Source: Octopus bimaculoides (taxonomy: Eukaryota). From it: a stretch of DNA of 64,000 bases. The DNA is taken from NCBI RefSeq assembly GCF_001194135.2, contig NC_068981.1:53015901-53079900 (forward strand). Direction: 5' to 3'. Position numbers and translations under genes: made by a program. Below, piece by piece: positions 27,292-39,700 of this stretch. The notes beneath the pieces were generated by a model. It did no database searches and was not told the origin of the DNA. It saw only the letters and a program-made list of their open reading frames with translations. Each line of letters begins with the position of its first letter. The stretch's first letter is position 1.

Positions 27292-27875
27292 CCCTTAGAC
27301 AGTGGACATCATCAACTGATATTTCAAAAATTTTACATGGTTACAGCAACTACTTCATCAAATGTGCTTCAGTGTAAGCATGAGAAATCAAGTCGCAAAT
27401 GGAAGATTCCTTTAACGATGAAGTTTTTTTCTGACTTTCCTCCATCTTCAGATGAGGTAGATGATGATGATGATGAAGAAAGTGATGCATTAATCAGTTC
27501 TGAATGGAAAAAAAGCACCAATTTTTCTCCAGTTGTACATTTGTTTGACAACAACATGGAAATCTCTGATGAATTTATGTTCACTCAATTTAATGGTACT
27601 ATTTGATCATGTGATTGTAAATTTTATTGTAGAATTGACTAATAATTATTGTAGTTTTTGTACATATTTAATGTGAAAATATCTATAAAACATCCACCCC
27701 TAGGGGTCAGCCACACTTAAGTGGCAATATACTACACTTTATCGTGCAGTTACTGTTAATACTTCATTTAGAGAATTAACATATCTATAAAAATTATTCT
27801 TAAAAAAAGAGTTTTTTAAATTTTTTTGTCCATTTGGCACACATATTCATGCAGCCCTTTCCCACTGTTTAAGGG
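27292..27875 (+). mobile_element. Internally deleted piggyBac element
   Basis: TTAA at 27288-27291 and 27876-27879. TIR cccttagacagtgga versus reverse-complemented right end cccttaaacagtggg (13/15). The internal ORF 27337-27606 has an acidic tract followed by W...P....F, like piggyBac transposase N-termini. Confidence 0.8.
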
Positions 27876-28272
27876 TTAAAATAGTACATATATTAATATG
27901 TTTTCTTAACCTATAATATGCATTATCTCTTTTTAATACATAAATTTAAATAAATAAAACTAATTTTAGCTTAGAAATGTGATAATTAAAAGTCTCCTCT
28001 TTATTGAGTAAATGACTCTGAAATAGGTAAGTATCTCTAATGGGTAAATAACTCTGAAATATTTGCAGTTGATATTCATTCAAATATAAATTACAATTAA
28101 CTTTAAAATTCACAAAAGAAGCAACATTAGGTACAGATAACAGAGCATAACTTGCAAATTTGCTTAATTTATGCTAGCTTTAAAAATATGAAAGATAGAG
28201 AAACTTGTATAATTTACCGTTTACTTTGAAGTGTATTCATTTTGCTCAATAAATATAAATGTTCTGTTACAG

Positions 28273-28377
28273 CAATGGTACACTGGACAAACTAAGTTGA
28301 TATGTGATTGGCTCACTGAACGTTTAGATTTGAGTCTTCATCCATACCAATTAACATGCATTATGAATATTAACAAG
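28273..28377 (+). CDS. CADPS: CADPS coding exon
   Basis: ttacag acceptor, gtatgc donor. 105 nt. QWYTGQTKLICDWLTERLDLSLHPYQLTCIMNINK resembles CAPS1 [35 protein letters not shown]. Confidence 0.97.
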
Positions 28378-29119
28378 GTATGCAGTGTTAAATTTCTCTT
28401 ACAGAGGAGCTTCATTTTAATGCATATCCTCTATAATGCATTTAATTATAGAGGAAATGCATTTTAATGAAAAATAGTGTTTAAGCTTCTTTAATGTATT
28501 CTTGATGCATATTCAAAAATAAATATCTTTGATTAGAGACTCACTAAAGAGCAATAATATTGGTGTGTGCAATTATATTTAACATCTTTTCATGCACACA
28601 TGACAAAGATCTTTCCATGCTTGGATGTACATGTTCTGTTACATACAATTGTACTCACATATATAAATATCCTAAGAATTGGTTATGATTAGTTGAATCA
28701 GAACCAAAATATTCAACAATTCTTTGTCTTGAGAAATTTAATGAATTATATTTAAGGAATACTTAATTTTTTTATGACTGTTTTATACTTTTACATTTTT
28801 TTTTTTCAAATATTAAGTATTTTTGTTCACCTCATTTGCACAAGCTGCTAAAATCATTCCTTTTTTACCAAATTGAAAACTTATTGGTTCAATTAGTTGA
28901 CTTATGGTTATTTAGTACCAAACATTTTAAAATAACAATAACTTGCATTCCTTTATTATAAAAATTAAAGCTTTTATCAATAATATTACTTTTATATTAT
29001 CAATTAAGATTGTGATAAAGTTATGGAATGGAATAATGGTCATATGTATTAACAAATAATAGTCCTAAAGTCTCTCAATTTCTAATCGATAAAGACATCT
29101 TATTTCATTTCATCTATTT

Positions 29120-29420
29120 TGCCCACTTAGTCCTAGGAGTATCATGGAAGCAGAGTCCTCAAGCATATCTTCCATTAGTTCCTTCAGAAAGTCTCCATTT
29201 GATATAGCTGGATCCCTAAGCAAGATCAACTGAGCTTATGGATGTTATCCAACCTGCTTGCTCTTGGTCTACCCCTGGGTCTCCTGCTAGTTGGTTTTGC
29301 TTATAAAACCTGTCCAGTGATTCTTTCCCAAAACATTCTTATCATGTGTCCATAATATCACACCTGTAATCTCTAAATTCAGAGAAGTAGTGGCTCTATC
29401 TGGAGCACCCCTCTGATTGG
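29120..29420 (-). mobile_element. Decayed RTE-like LINE 3' fragment
   Basis: Reverse complement contains ccaggggtagaccaagagcaagcaggttggataac, resembling the RPRGRPR.RW.D C-terminal motif. Confidence 0.45.
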
Positions 29421-29835
29421 AGGAACCCCATTTGATATATAATGTAATATATTGTATATCTGATAAAGATATACAATGTATAATATTATCATGCATATTA
29501 CCCCAAAAGGTTTCTAATATTAGCTAAAAGTTGTTTTTTTTTAAATGATATACTGATGCTATGGGGGTTTTCTTACATATATTTAATTATATATGTACAT
29601 TAAATTTTAATTCAATTTAAAATACCTTTCTTAGCTCATCATTTTGGGGTGGGAGGAATTGTCAAATATAAATAAACGGAATTTGAAACTTTAGAAACTA
29701 ATGCTGGATAAACATTTAATAAGATTCTCAAAATAATTATGAAATAAAATTTCTATATATGTTATATCTATAAAAAAAGAATTGTTTTTCATTTTTCAGT
29801 ATAAAAGACTTATATCTAATTTTATTATTTTTTAG

Positions 29836-29922
29836 AAATACTATTCAGATTTTGAACTGCAAGGTGTACCAGAAACAACTCTCAATAGTAAAACATATCA
29901 AACTATATGCAGTCGACTCCAG
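29836..29922 (+). CDS. CADPS: CADPS coding exon
   Basis: Poly-T tag acceptor, gtaaat donor. 87 nt. KYYSDFELQGVPETTLNSKTYQTICSRLQ resembles CAPS1 [29 protein letters not shown]. Confidence 0.97.
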
Positions 29923-30366
29923 GTAAATGATAACTTTATAATATGTGATAACTGTTATAATCTTCTAGTTATTTGAATGGTATCAAATCTCCTTCTTCTT
30001 GCATTTCATAGCTTAACAAACATTAATTGCTCCAACTCTTTGAATCCATGAATACTCTTTAGCAAGTGCAATTTTGTTTAACTATACCCCTGGAAGACAC
30101 AAAAGCAGACAGTCACATGGTGTTGTGTTTATTGTTGAAAATAATGATATTTCTACCAATTAACAATTGTTAACACAAAACCATGTGGTCACTCACTTTT
30201 GCATCTTCCAGGACTATAGTCAAGCAAATAGTGCCTGCTAAAGTGTTCTTACAGGTTCAGAGGGCTAATGGCATATCTACAGTATGCTGGATTAGTCATC
30301 AATCAAGTAAAGAAACTAGTAACCATCATCTTTTGTCATTTCAAATGGCTGAAAGGAAAGGATTAA

Positions 30367-30537
30367 CCCTTTAGTTACCAATTTGCCTGAAGCTACTTCT
30401 GGTTCTATGATTAAAAAAAACTTCCTGTTTAAAACTGACTTAAAGTAAAACCTTCCATCAAAAATTCATGCTGATTTATTTTCAAAATTAATTGAAATAA
30501 AGGAGTATATTTCAACAGATATATGGTAACAAAAAGG
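30367..30537. mobile_element. piggyBac-type MITE (171 bp)
   Basis: TTAA at 30363-30366 and 30538-30541. TIR ccctttagttacca versus cctttttgttacca (12/14). A decayed reverse copy without clear ends lies at about 16130-16310. Confidence 0.75.
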
Positions 30538-30849
30538 TTAAAAAGATAAATACAAATTTAAAGTAGAACTAAAAACCATTTTTCCCTTTCTGTTTACAGC
30601 CATCAGTTCTGATTCCTTTTAAATGTTATCTTTACCATCAACAGCACACAATTTACTTCTATTGACTTCCAACAGGCACAATGACTTTCAGAGTTAGTAA
30701 TAACTGGGTTATGCTCTGTACAAGAATACTATGACCTTAGTATTTCTACTCTCATCTACTCTTAAAGTACAAGTAATGCTAAGAAAATTAGTTCAGGATT
30801 CTGAGACTTAGTTTTTTTGTTTGAAAAAGCCTGGATGACACCCCTAATA

Positions 30850-32660
30850 TTTGGCTAATACTATATTCTATTGATTATGGAAAGATGAAAAGCAAAGCTG
30901 AATTCAACAGAATTTGAACAAAGCATCCAAAAGCTGGAACAAATATGGCAGAGTATTTGGTCAAATGTTCTAGAGATTCTGCCAGTCCACTACCTAGAAA
31001 TTATGTCAATTTGCTAAGCTTGTCAAGAAAACTACATTGGTACACATTCCTTTAGGCTACAGAATGGAGTACATTCCTATTCTCTTTGAAGAATTAGTTA
31101 TTCTCTATGATGTCATTATGTTTAAAATGTGTCCATTATCAAAAGAAACAACCTTTATCAATAAAAAGATGACTCCCTTCCAAGAGTTCCAAATAACCTG
31201 AACACATCATATCTCCAGATATATCAATGACCAAGAAGATATGGTTTCTAATTAATAATTCTCAAGGTTAATATTAAAGTCCAAAAGCCTCAACAACCAA
31301 TGGTCAATGCAAAACAAATTACTCATCACTTGATCTTGAATGAGAAAAGTACGAAGTACCAAGTTAAACTGTAACAAGTACAGTGATAAATCCTGGTTAC
31401 ACCAGTTCACTAACCATGGAAGAACTGGAGACTGCTATTTTATATCTTAAATCCAGAAAGACAATTAGTTTAGATGACATTGCAACTAAACAGATCAAGT
31501 ATTTTGAACCCGAGACAAAGGAGTGGCTTCTACAGCTGTATAGTCATTGTCTGACAGCATATGAACTTCCTGAGATCTAGAAGGTTTGTGGTTGGTACTG
31601 CTGAAACTTGGGAAGAATATATACTACAGATCAGTCTTGCTTCCCAATCGTACCTGTAAGCTTTTTAAGCACTTAGTCCTTAACAGAAAAGTACCAGCAG
31701 TGGATGTATGTCACATCTCTGAGATGACATTAGCAAGATTTGTTCTGGGAAATCAATATAGGCTGAGAATTCAACCTCACTCAGCACCACATTAAGAATG
31801 ATTTTGGAAAAAGAGATGGTAACTGGCATGGTGCTTGTTGACTTTTCTGCAGCTTATTGCAGTCTGTAATAGATGTTTGTTTGGCAAAATACTGGAGACT
31901 ATAAAGGGATTCTCACCTATAAAGTAAATTGAATGTTTACTGGAGAACAAGATATTTCTTGTGGAGTTTGGCTGTATGAAGAAAGGTTTACCTTAAGACA
32001 ACAGGATATTTTTTTTTTTTGTGGTGTTGAGTCATAAATGAAGTAGGTGTTGTAGACTGAAGACAGGAGAGCATACTTTATTCTATGCTTTCCAATATCT
32101 ATACCAATAACCAACCAAAAATTGATGATGTTTACTGATTTGTGTTATGCTGATAATCTGTGAGTTGCCACACAAGATACAGATTTCTTAATAGTCCAAT
32201 AGTAAAAGAAAAACTGACAAACTTCCTCATTCAGCTAATGCCATAATATGAAAAGAATTACTCTGTGCCAAACCATCTAAGATACTGATGTTTGCCTTCT
32301 GTTTGAGAAACAGTGAAGCAAAACACCAAGTAATATTGGTTTGGAACATTTCTTTTGAGAACTGAAAACCCAGTTTATGTAAGTGTTATTCTTCATTGCT
32401 GTCTCAACTTGAAAACATCATCAGCAAACTTACAAGTACATGATGGAGTACAAGTCTTCATAGTTCAACTAACCTAGATGTTTCCTGCTCCACAGCTGAA
32501 TACACTATCTCAATATGTAATAGATCTACCCATGCTAACAAGTATTGTGCTTCCTGTCAACTGATCACAAGTTATCTTAGACATACAACTACTGACAGTC
32601 TCCATATTATGACAAGCATAGCTTCACCAGTCATTGGCAACCAGTATGAAGGGGCCTTAG
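30850..32660 (+). mobile_element. Decayed non-LTR retrotransposon ORF (Vingi/Ingi-like; clade uncertain)
   Basis: EELETAILYLKSRKTISLDDIATKQIKYFEPETKEWLLQLYSHCL, then LLKLGK..YRSVLLP..TCKLFKHLVLNR, and LITSYLRHT..LHIMTSIASP near the end. Many stops and frameshifts. Confidence 0.75.
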
Positions 32661-33086
32661 TAGTACCAAATAGATGAATTGCATCCTATGTTTAACCAAA
32701 CAATCTCTTATTTTCATTTACTTTATTCAGACAGCTTTCTTTGCAGCTTCCCTTTCTTTCTCCTCTATTATTTAGTGTGGTTTATGATTTTAGAAATCAA
32801 AATGTATATTTCAAAATTTAGACTAAAAGCAATTGGTTTGTCTTCTATAGCCTACTTTAATTCAATTTGAAATGTTTAAAGTGTCAAAGCAATGCTAAAA
32901 AGTCATATCATTGTTTTATTTTCATTCTATCATGTTTATATTGGTTTTGTGTAATATAATTCACTTTTGCAGCCATTGTTAAGATTCTGATTATTGAATC
33001 ATCATCATCATCATTTAATGTAAATTCTTCCACATAAAAAGAAAGAAAAACATCAGATATATCTTTATTATTTGTTTATTTATCAG

Positions 33087-33173
33087 GTGGAGGAGGCCAC
33101 TCAGTCCGTAACCCAGTCAGAAAGTGGACTGCGAGGACGTTTTATGACAAGTGGAGAAGAAGAATCTGACTAA
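33087..33173 (+). CDS. CADPS: CADPS terminal coding exon (to TAA stop)
   Basis: ttatttatcag acceptor. VEEATQSVTQSESGLRGRFMTSGEEESD* resembles the CAPS1 end [30 protein letters not shown]. Stop TAA at 33171-33173. Confidence 0.95.
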   Translation: MEEATQSVTQSESGLRGRFMTSGEEESD

Positions 33174-36100
33174 GCAAATATTAAATGGAGATCGTGTTTT
33201 GATATACATTTCTATTATGACATCATTCCTTAAAGATACTACAGTTTTTAGTCTTTAATTTAATAAAAAACTAGCATTTGGGCAGTTGTTTTTCTGCCAA
33301 CCAAATAGCAGTATCCACAACTGATACTGTCTTTCTGTTTGTATCAGCACTAGATCCAGTGTAAGTTGTTTCACATTCTGGTATGCATGCTTGCTACATG
33401 AGTTTTTGTGCAACAGAACCCAAGAATTTATCTATAGAGTTACGTCTTTCATTCATTGATTTCTGTAAGAAATATTTGCAATTCCAATATTTCATTGTTT
33501 TTTTAATTATTATTTTAATACTGATTTCTTTTCATGATTGGCATGATAGTGTTCATCCATATTACCTTTCTACTGGAACTAAAATTATATAATAGTATTG
33601 TTGTACTAGTAGTAGGTGGTATTAAACTTTTATACCTAACCACTTATCCCTGGTTCTACTAATAAATGAGCTTTTGGAAATTTTTGATATAATATCACTA
33701 CTTTGTTCGACTAAAATGATGAATCCTGTAACAACCATCTGTGGGCCTCTCTGCAGTTCAATCATTTGCAGCATCTTTTCATACTGAACAAAGTAGTGAT
33801 CATTAATATTCATATGGCTATAAATGATGCAATAATGCTAAAATTAATTGTACCTAAGATATAAAAAATCTTCAGGTATCATTACTTCACTATGAAAAGT
33901 GAAATGTCCTTTGTAGATTCATTTTATTACTTTTATCTCAGAGCTCATTGATCCAGCTGTTGAGGCATTTTCCTCTTTTTTTTTTTTAATATACGTTATT
34001 TTATGATGAGCTTAATGTTGTGTAAATTTAGCTATTTTAATATGAGCTTTCAAATTCATTAAAACTTTAATAGAAATAGATCCTTATAGCCTTCAAATGT
34101 TTTCCAGGAATTTTGCTCCTTTATTTTCTAATTATTAAACTTTGAAATGAATTTCAATTTTATACTATCTCACTAGATACCATATCATAAAGCAATACTA
34201 AATAGTATAACTAGGAGTTATGTCAATCTTTTCTTATTTGTTAAGATTTTATATTTAGGTGATTTCTATACTACATCACCTCCAATATTTCTACTAGCTC
34301 TTGCCTTTTGACAATTAGTCTCTTGCTGATTACTAAATAACTTCTTAACTAAAATAAAGGGAAATCTTTGTAATACATTAGTTTACAAACTTTTTTAAAA
34401 TTATAGACATAACTGTTATTAGTTATGTTCAAATTTTACTGCCTGTTAATGGTTTCATTTTTATAGTGTGTAATTTTATTTCTTTGGGGGTTTTCCAATG
34501 ATTAATTTGAAGATTTATTCCAAGGAGAAATGTTCATGAGACGTGCATGTTAAAGTGTTCTTTTTTTCCATAATGATTGACTAAATACATTCCATATTTA
34601 CAAATTTATGCTGTAAGTTGATTAATTCTTGCATTATATATTACTGAATATATATTCATGTTGTAAAGTTGTTTGGAATGCATGCAAACACTGTTACAAA
34701 AATTACCTGTTGTTACTTATACAAAATAACCAAATAGGAGAATTTTATTTGTATTTTGCATGCAAGACACCATTATATAATTTTTCTTTAATTAAAAATT
34801 GAAGTTTTAATACTTTTTTTTTGATATTTGAAAATTAAATAATTTTAAATTGTTTCTTGATATTGTTTTGGTTTCACTACCTAAAATATATATTACTTTA
34901 TAACTAAAAATATATATTATTTTATAACTTAAATCATAGTTCCTAGAAATAATGATTAGATTAGAATAGATTTATTTGAGAAACAATCAATTAGTACTGG
35001 GGTTGTATAGATAGAGAAGACTCAATAATCTGAACATTTACTTTATGAAGAGTTTTAATCTATCAAATCTTAAAATAGGAAATTGATATTTTTGTCTTAT
35101 TTTATTCCTTTAGAAATAAAATAATCTCAGCTTTCTAAACTTTGATTTATCTTAAATAATGACTACTTACCAACCCTATTCTTAAGTTTAGGTTTCTTTA
35201 TTTTTTTATCATTATATATCAGTTCTAATTATATTTGCTCAGTAAACCTAAATATATTGCCACTTCTTTCTAAATTTCATTTTCTTTAATCATCTTATTA
35301 ATGTTTTCCACGCTATTTTAGCATCAATTTATCTAAGTCTAATATATGATTAAGACAACTTAAAATTTAAGAATTTAAATACATTTATTCAATTAAGTAT
35401 ATACAAAATGGAAAGAAATTGATACTTTCTGTGTTTGATCAGCAACAATAAAAATAGTTGTTCTCATAATCATCATTGTAAACCTATCACAACTGCAGCT
35501 ATCACTTTTCAACTATGACATTTAGCAATAATAATGATAGCTATTTTATAATAATGATGGTGATAATGATGATGTTGATAACAATTATAACAGTAATATT
35601 ACCACCAGCAATAATATATTAATCATGATTTAAATTTGAAGACCAATTCGTGTTTAATCATATAATCAGTTTAAAGTAATTTAGCTTAGTGTTAACTAGG
35701 AATAATAGTAATAATAATAATAATAATTTATAATTTAAAATTTTTCTTTGCACTTCTATATAAATGATATCTAGTAATAACTTATGAATAAATTTTTTTT
35801 CTTACATGTTAATCTCATTTTTAAAGAATTATCTCCTTAGTTTCTTTAAATATATAAAAGAATAAACTTTATAGATTTTTCGTAAGATAAACCACTGGGT
35901 GTATAATTTTAATGTTTGATGTTTGTTTTGTTGGGTTTTTTAAAAATAAATTTTTGGTTAACATTTCCAAGTGGGACAATTATCACATTTGACTGGTATG
36001 TGACAGTTAAAGTAATAACGTTCATTCATGTCACCATATTGGATTTAATAAATATGTGGACTTATATCTAATTCAAGTAAATTTTTCAATTTAAAATTTT

Positions 36101-36730
36101 CTCTTTATCTATGTTTTGTTAATTTTGTTTAAATTTCAAAATTTTAATAATAAAATTATTAATCATAATATTAAAAAAATGTGGTTTTCAATTATTTTTC
36201 CATTGTTATTTGTTATTTCTCTTATATAATCTACAAAATTATCTTGTAGTCAAAATATTATGTATGACAACTATGTAAGAAGTATTCAATTAATTCCATG
36301 AAATTGCCATTTTGGTAAAATTCATGCATTTAATGTTTTCACTAGATATATTAAAAGATGTATATATTTTCCTTTTTTGTTAGGATTTTCAAATTATATA
36401 TCTGAAAAAATATTGCACTTTAGATAAGGACTGGAGATTTAAAAAGAAGGCTAATTTATTTGAAAAGAAGAAACCATCTAACTTGAAGATATTCTTGTAT
36501 GGTGTTCTGACATGTTTATGGTAAAGTGAATGACATCTCAGATTAGAATATAGAAATTGGATAATTAAAGCTGTTGTCAAAGCTTTAACTAAAATAATTA
36601 ACTACATTACTGTGAAGTCTAAATTAGAAAATTGTCTTGTGATAAATTTAATTTAAATGCATTATTTTTTAAGAGGTTTCAGTGTTTAGTTTGCATATAC
36701 ACAAAAGGCATTATGCCTTGTCACGAAAAA

Positions 36731-36776
<46 letters not shown>

Positions 36777-39700
36777 TAGCTAATTTGATCAAGACTCATA
36801 ATATCACACTGAATTATCATAATTAAAATCATACATTTAATAGTATTCAAATACAATAACTTGTGTCTATAATTTAGATAAGTGTCAGATCCTATTTTCA
36901 CCACCTTTCAACATTGTTTCAAAAATATCATCCATCTTAAGTGACCTTACATACGTAAAATATCATCTTGATTTTATTTGAATTTATTAAAGTAGCACAC
37001 AACTACATCATGCTAAGTGACAATTTTAGTAATCTTCTTAAGTGATTATTGATATTTAGTTACTTTTACTGAAATTTCAAAAGAATTTATTGGACACTTT
37101 TTTGGGGGGTTTTGTAAATACAACTTTGAGGTTAGGTTTAATGATCATTGTCTACAAATATCTTTGTGATATTCATGGTCATCTGCATTCTTTCTTGTTG
37201 GATTTATGGTGTACTGTTGTATTTATTATATAAATTCATACTGTTCCTATCACAATTGGTTCTGTTTTCCTTTTTAAATGTTTGTTGGGCAGATTGATAA
37301 TATCTTTATACATTTTAAACTATTTTTTATTGTATATCACAACATTTGATATTATTTTAATTTTATAGCTGAGTTTCAAACTCTAGATAACATTGTTTCA
37401 TTATTCTGTCATTTAAAATCATTTTTAAAATGCTAAACCAGTGTGGTAGAATTGGTAGAATTTTCATCTGATTCTTTAATTTTCTATTACTATTAAGATT
37501 TTGTATACTACAAATACTTGAAATATGATATATAAACTTAAAAGTTATTTGGTATATCAAATAGAAATCTTGTTTTAATATAGTAAAAACATATATTTAT
37601 TCAGTTATAATTTATTTTGTTCACATTTTGTTCACATTGTTAAAGTTTAAGAAGAAATACATTTTTATTTACAAGCAAGGAAAACAAAATCTGAAGTTAT
37701 TATTTTGATAAAATAAAGCTGGATTACCTTCTATATAGAGAAAGCATTGAGCCAGTAATTTAAATATTCATCCAATCTAAAATAGCTTTTGTTATAATGT
37801 TCAACTATTCGAAATCTTCTGAAAAGATTTTGTTTCTTTATACTTACATAAAAGTAAAATTGATTATATTAGAAATATAAAAAATATCTAATATTTGAAA
37901 TTATTGTTAAAAAGCTCAACAGCCAAAACAAAACATTTTGATCCACTAAATTGAACTTATTATGGATAATTTTTCTAGACAAATTATTCTAAGTTTGAAA
38001 AGCCCCTTTATTATAAAAATATATTGTAATAATTATATTTGCAATTATATGTTATTATATAATAGTTTGCATTGGCCAACAGAGAAGTCTGGAATATTTC
38101 CTGTATTTTTGTCTTTAGAAATTAAAATATTTTTTTCTACTTATCTTATTTAAAGTGGTTAACAATTCAAATGTCAGCTTCTGATTTTCCATTATAATGG
38201 TTTTATTAATAAGAATTTAATTTTAATTAGGTGATGAATTCCTAAGCAAGAGAACATAGGTTTACTCTCCGCTTGAAACTGGGTTTAACTTTACTAATCC
38301 ATTCAGTGTATATTTGAGAGATTGAGATGGAAGTTCTTAAAATGTTTATATTTAATATTAATATTCACTTTGGAGTGACTGTCAAGAGGTCTCCAAGTTC
38401 TTTCTTATACCATAAAAGTAAAGAATAAAAGATTTTCAATTTTACGTATAATTTAAAATAAAAACTACATGTGTTCTCATCTGTTCTTAGGTATGGTGAA
38501 AGACATTTAACTTGACATGGTTGTCATTTTTCAGTAATAAAACAAATATTTCTGATATCTTGCATGAGAGTATTTTTTTAATCTCAAATATATTATAATT
38601 ATCATTGATAGTGAAAAAAAACAAAAATAGAAATTTAGAATATATTTGGTATTTAAGATATTTCATTTTCATTTTATATTCCTTCAAGATAATCTTAGTT
38701 GAAAGCAATTTGAGTTCAGTAATTTTTCTTTAACAAAAGGCATAAGCTTTATGTGTTAAGTAAATTATGTTACCATCACTAGAACTGACTGCCATTTTAT
38801 CTGTAAAGAATGATTTTAGCTACAGATTACTATAATCTGAAATAATACCCATAAACAAAATTATAATTACTTCATTTAATTTTCAGCTTAATTTAAGCCG
38901 ATTAAAAACAACCAGTATGCCATTCATGTAATTAGCATTTCTTAAAATATTAACCCTTTGTAGATAAGTTGTGTTATTTAAAATTTTTAAAAGATATCTG
39001 ATTCTTAATAGACTAAGAAAAGTATGTAACATCTTGGTAGATATAAGCTTTGTTTTCTTTCTAGGACAAAAAGGTGAGTTAGTGAATTATACAATTGTTT
39101 TATAAGGATTAAAATCTTTCTAAATAGCTGCTTTTTTATACTTTTTATACTTTTTTCCAGTTAAACTGAAGAGCACTGACTCTATGCTAATCAGGTGTTT
39201 TATTTATGGAGTCAACAGAACAAGTATCAGTAATATATTGAAATCGACTTTGTTAAAAGATATTAATAATCTCACAGAAAATAAATGAAAAAAATTAGAC
39301 TCTATTATAGAGAATAAAAATACATGAAAATTACTATTTCATATAATTACATTAAGTTTAGGGAAATCAGGACATTAAGATTAGTTAAAAGGTTTGTTTG
39401 AATAAAGTAAATTTAATAAATTAAATTTAAAAGTAATGAAGAAGCATTGAAATGTGTAATCAATTAATGCTTTTCTGGTTTAGAAATATAACCTATAAGT
39501 GCCATCTATTTGTAACCAAAACTTTCTGTGGAGCTTTTAATATGTAAAATTTGTTCTCTCAATATTTATCAACACTATTCATGAATTGGTTAGCTGTCTT
39601 TGGTTTTTCTATATGACCAATTCCAGTGGGTATAAATTCTGCCGGAGGTTGAGTGCTTGCTGTTTTTTAAGTTCATCATATTGCTTCTAATAATTTGACT

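Noticed and set aside
27337-27606. 89-aa acidic ORF as a nested host gene
   Set aside because: It lies between piggyBac TIRs and TTAA sites and resembles a transposase N-terminus.
33942-34008. Acceptor followed by a protein-like frame (xLIDPAVEAFSSFF...) as an alternative CADPS C-terminus
   Set aside because: It needs a phase-1 donor in the last exon, and only poor ones (gtggag, gtggac) exist. The ending also depends on a T homopolymer.
36384-36520. 137-nt AG/GT-bounded open frame (DFQIIYLKKYCTLDKDWRF...)
   Set aside because: No recognisable homology; frames of this length are expected by chance among the many AG sites.
39583-39623. TCTTTGGTT...TATGA resembling mature miR-9, inside a small hairpin
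   Set aside because: The middle of the mature sequence differs, there is no complementary star arm, and the 10-bp stem pairs the flanks rather than the putative miRNA.
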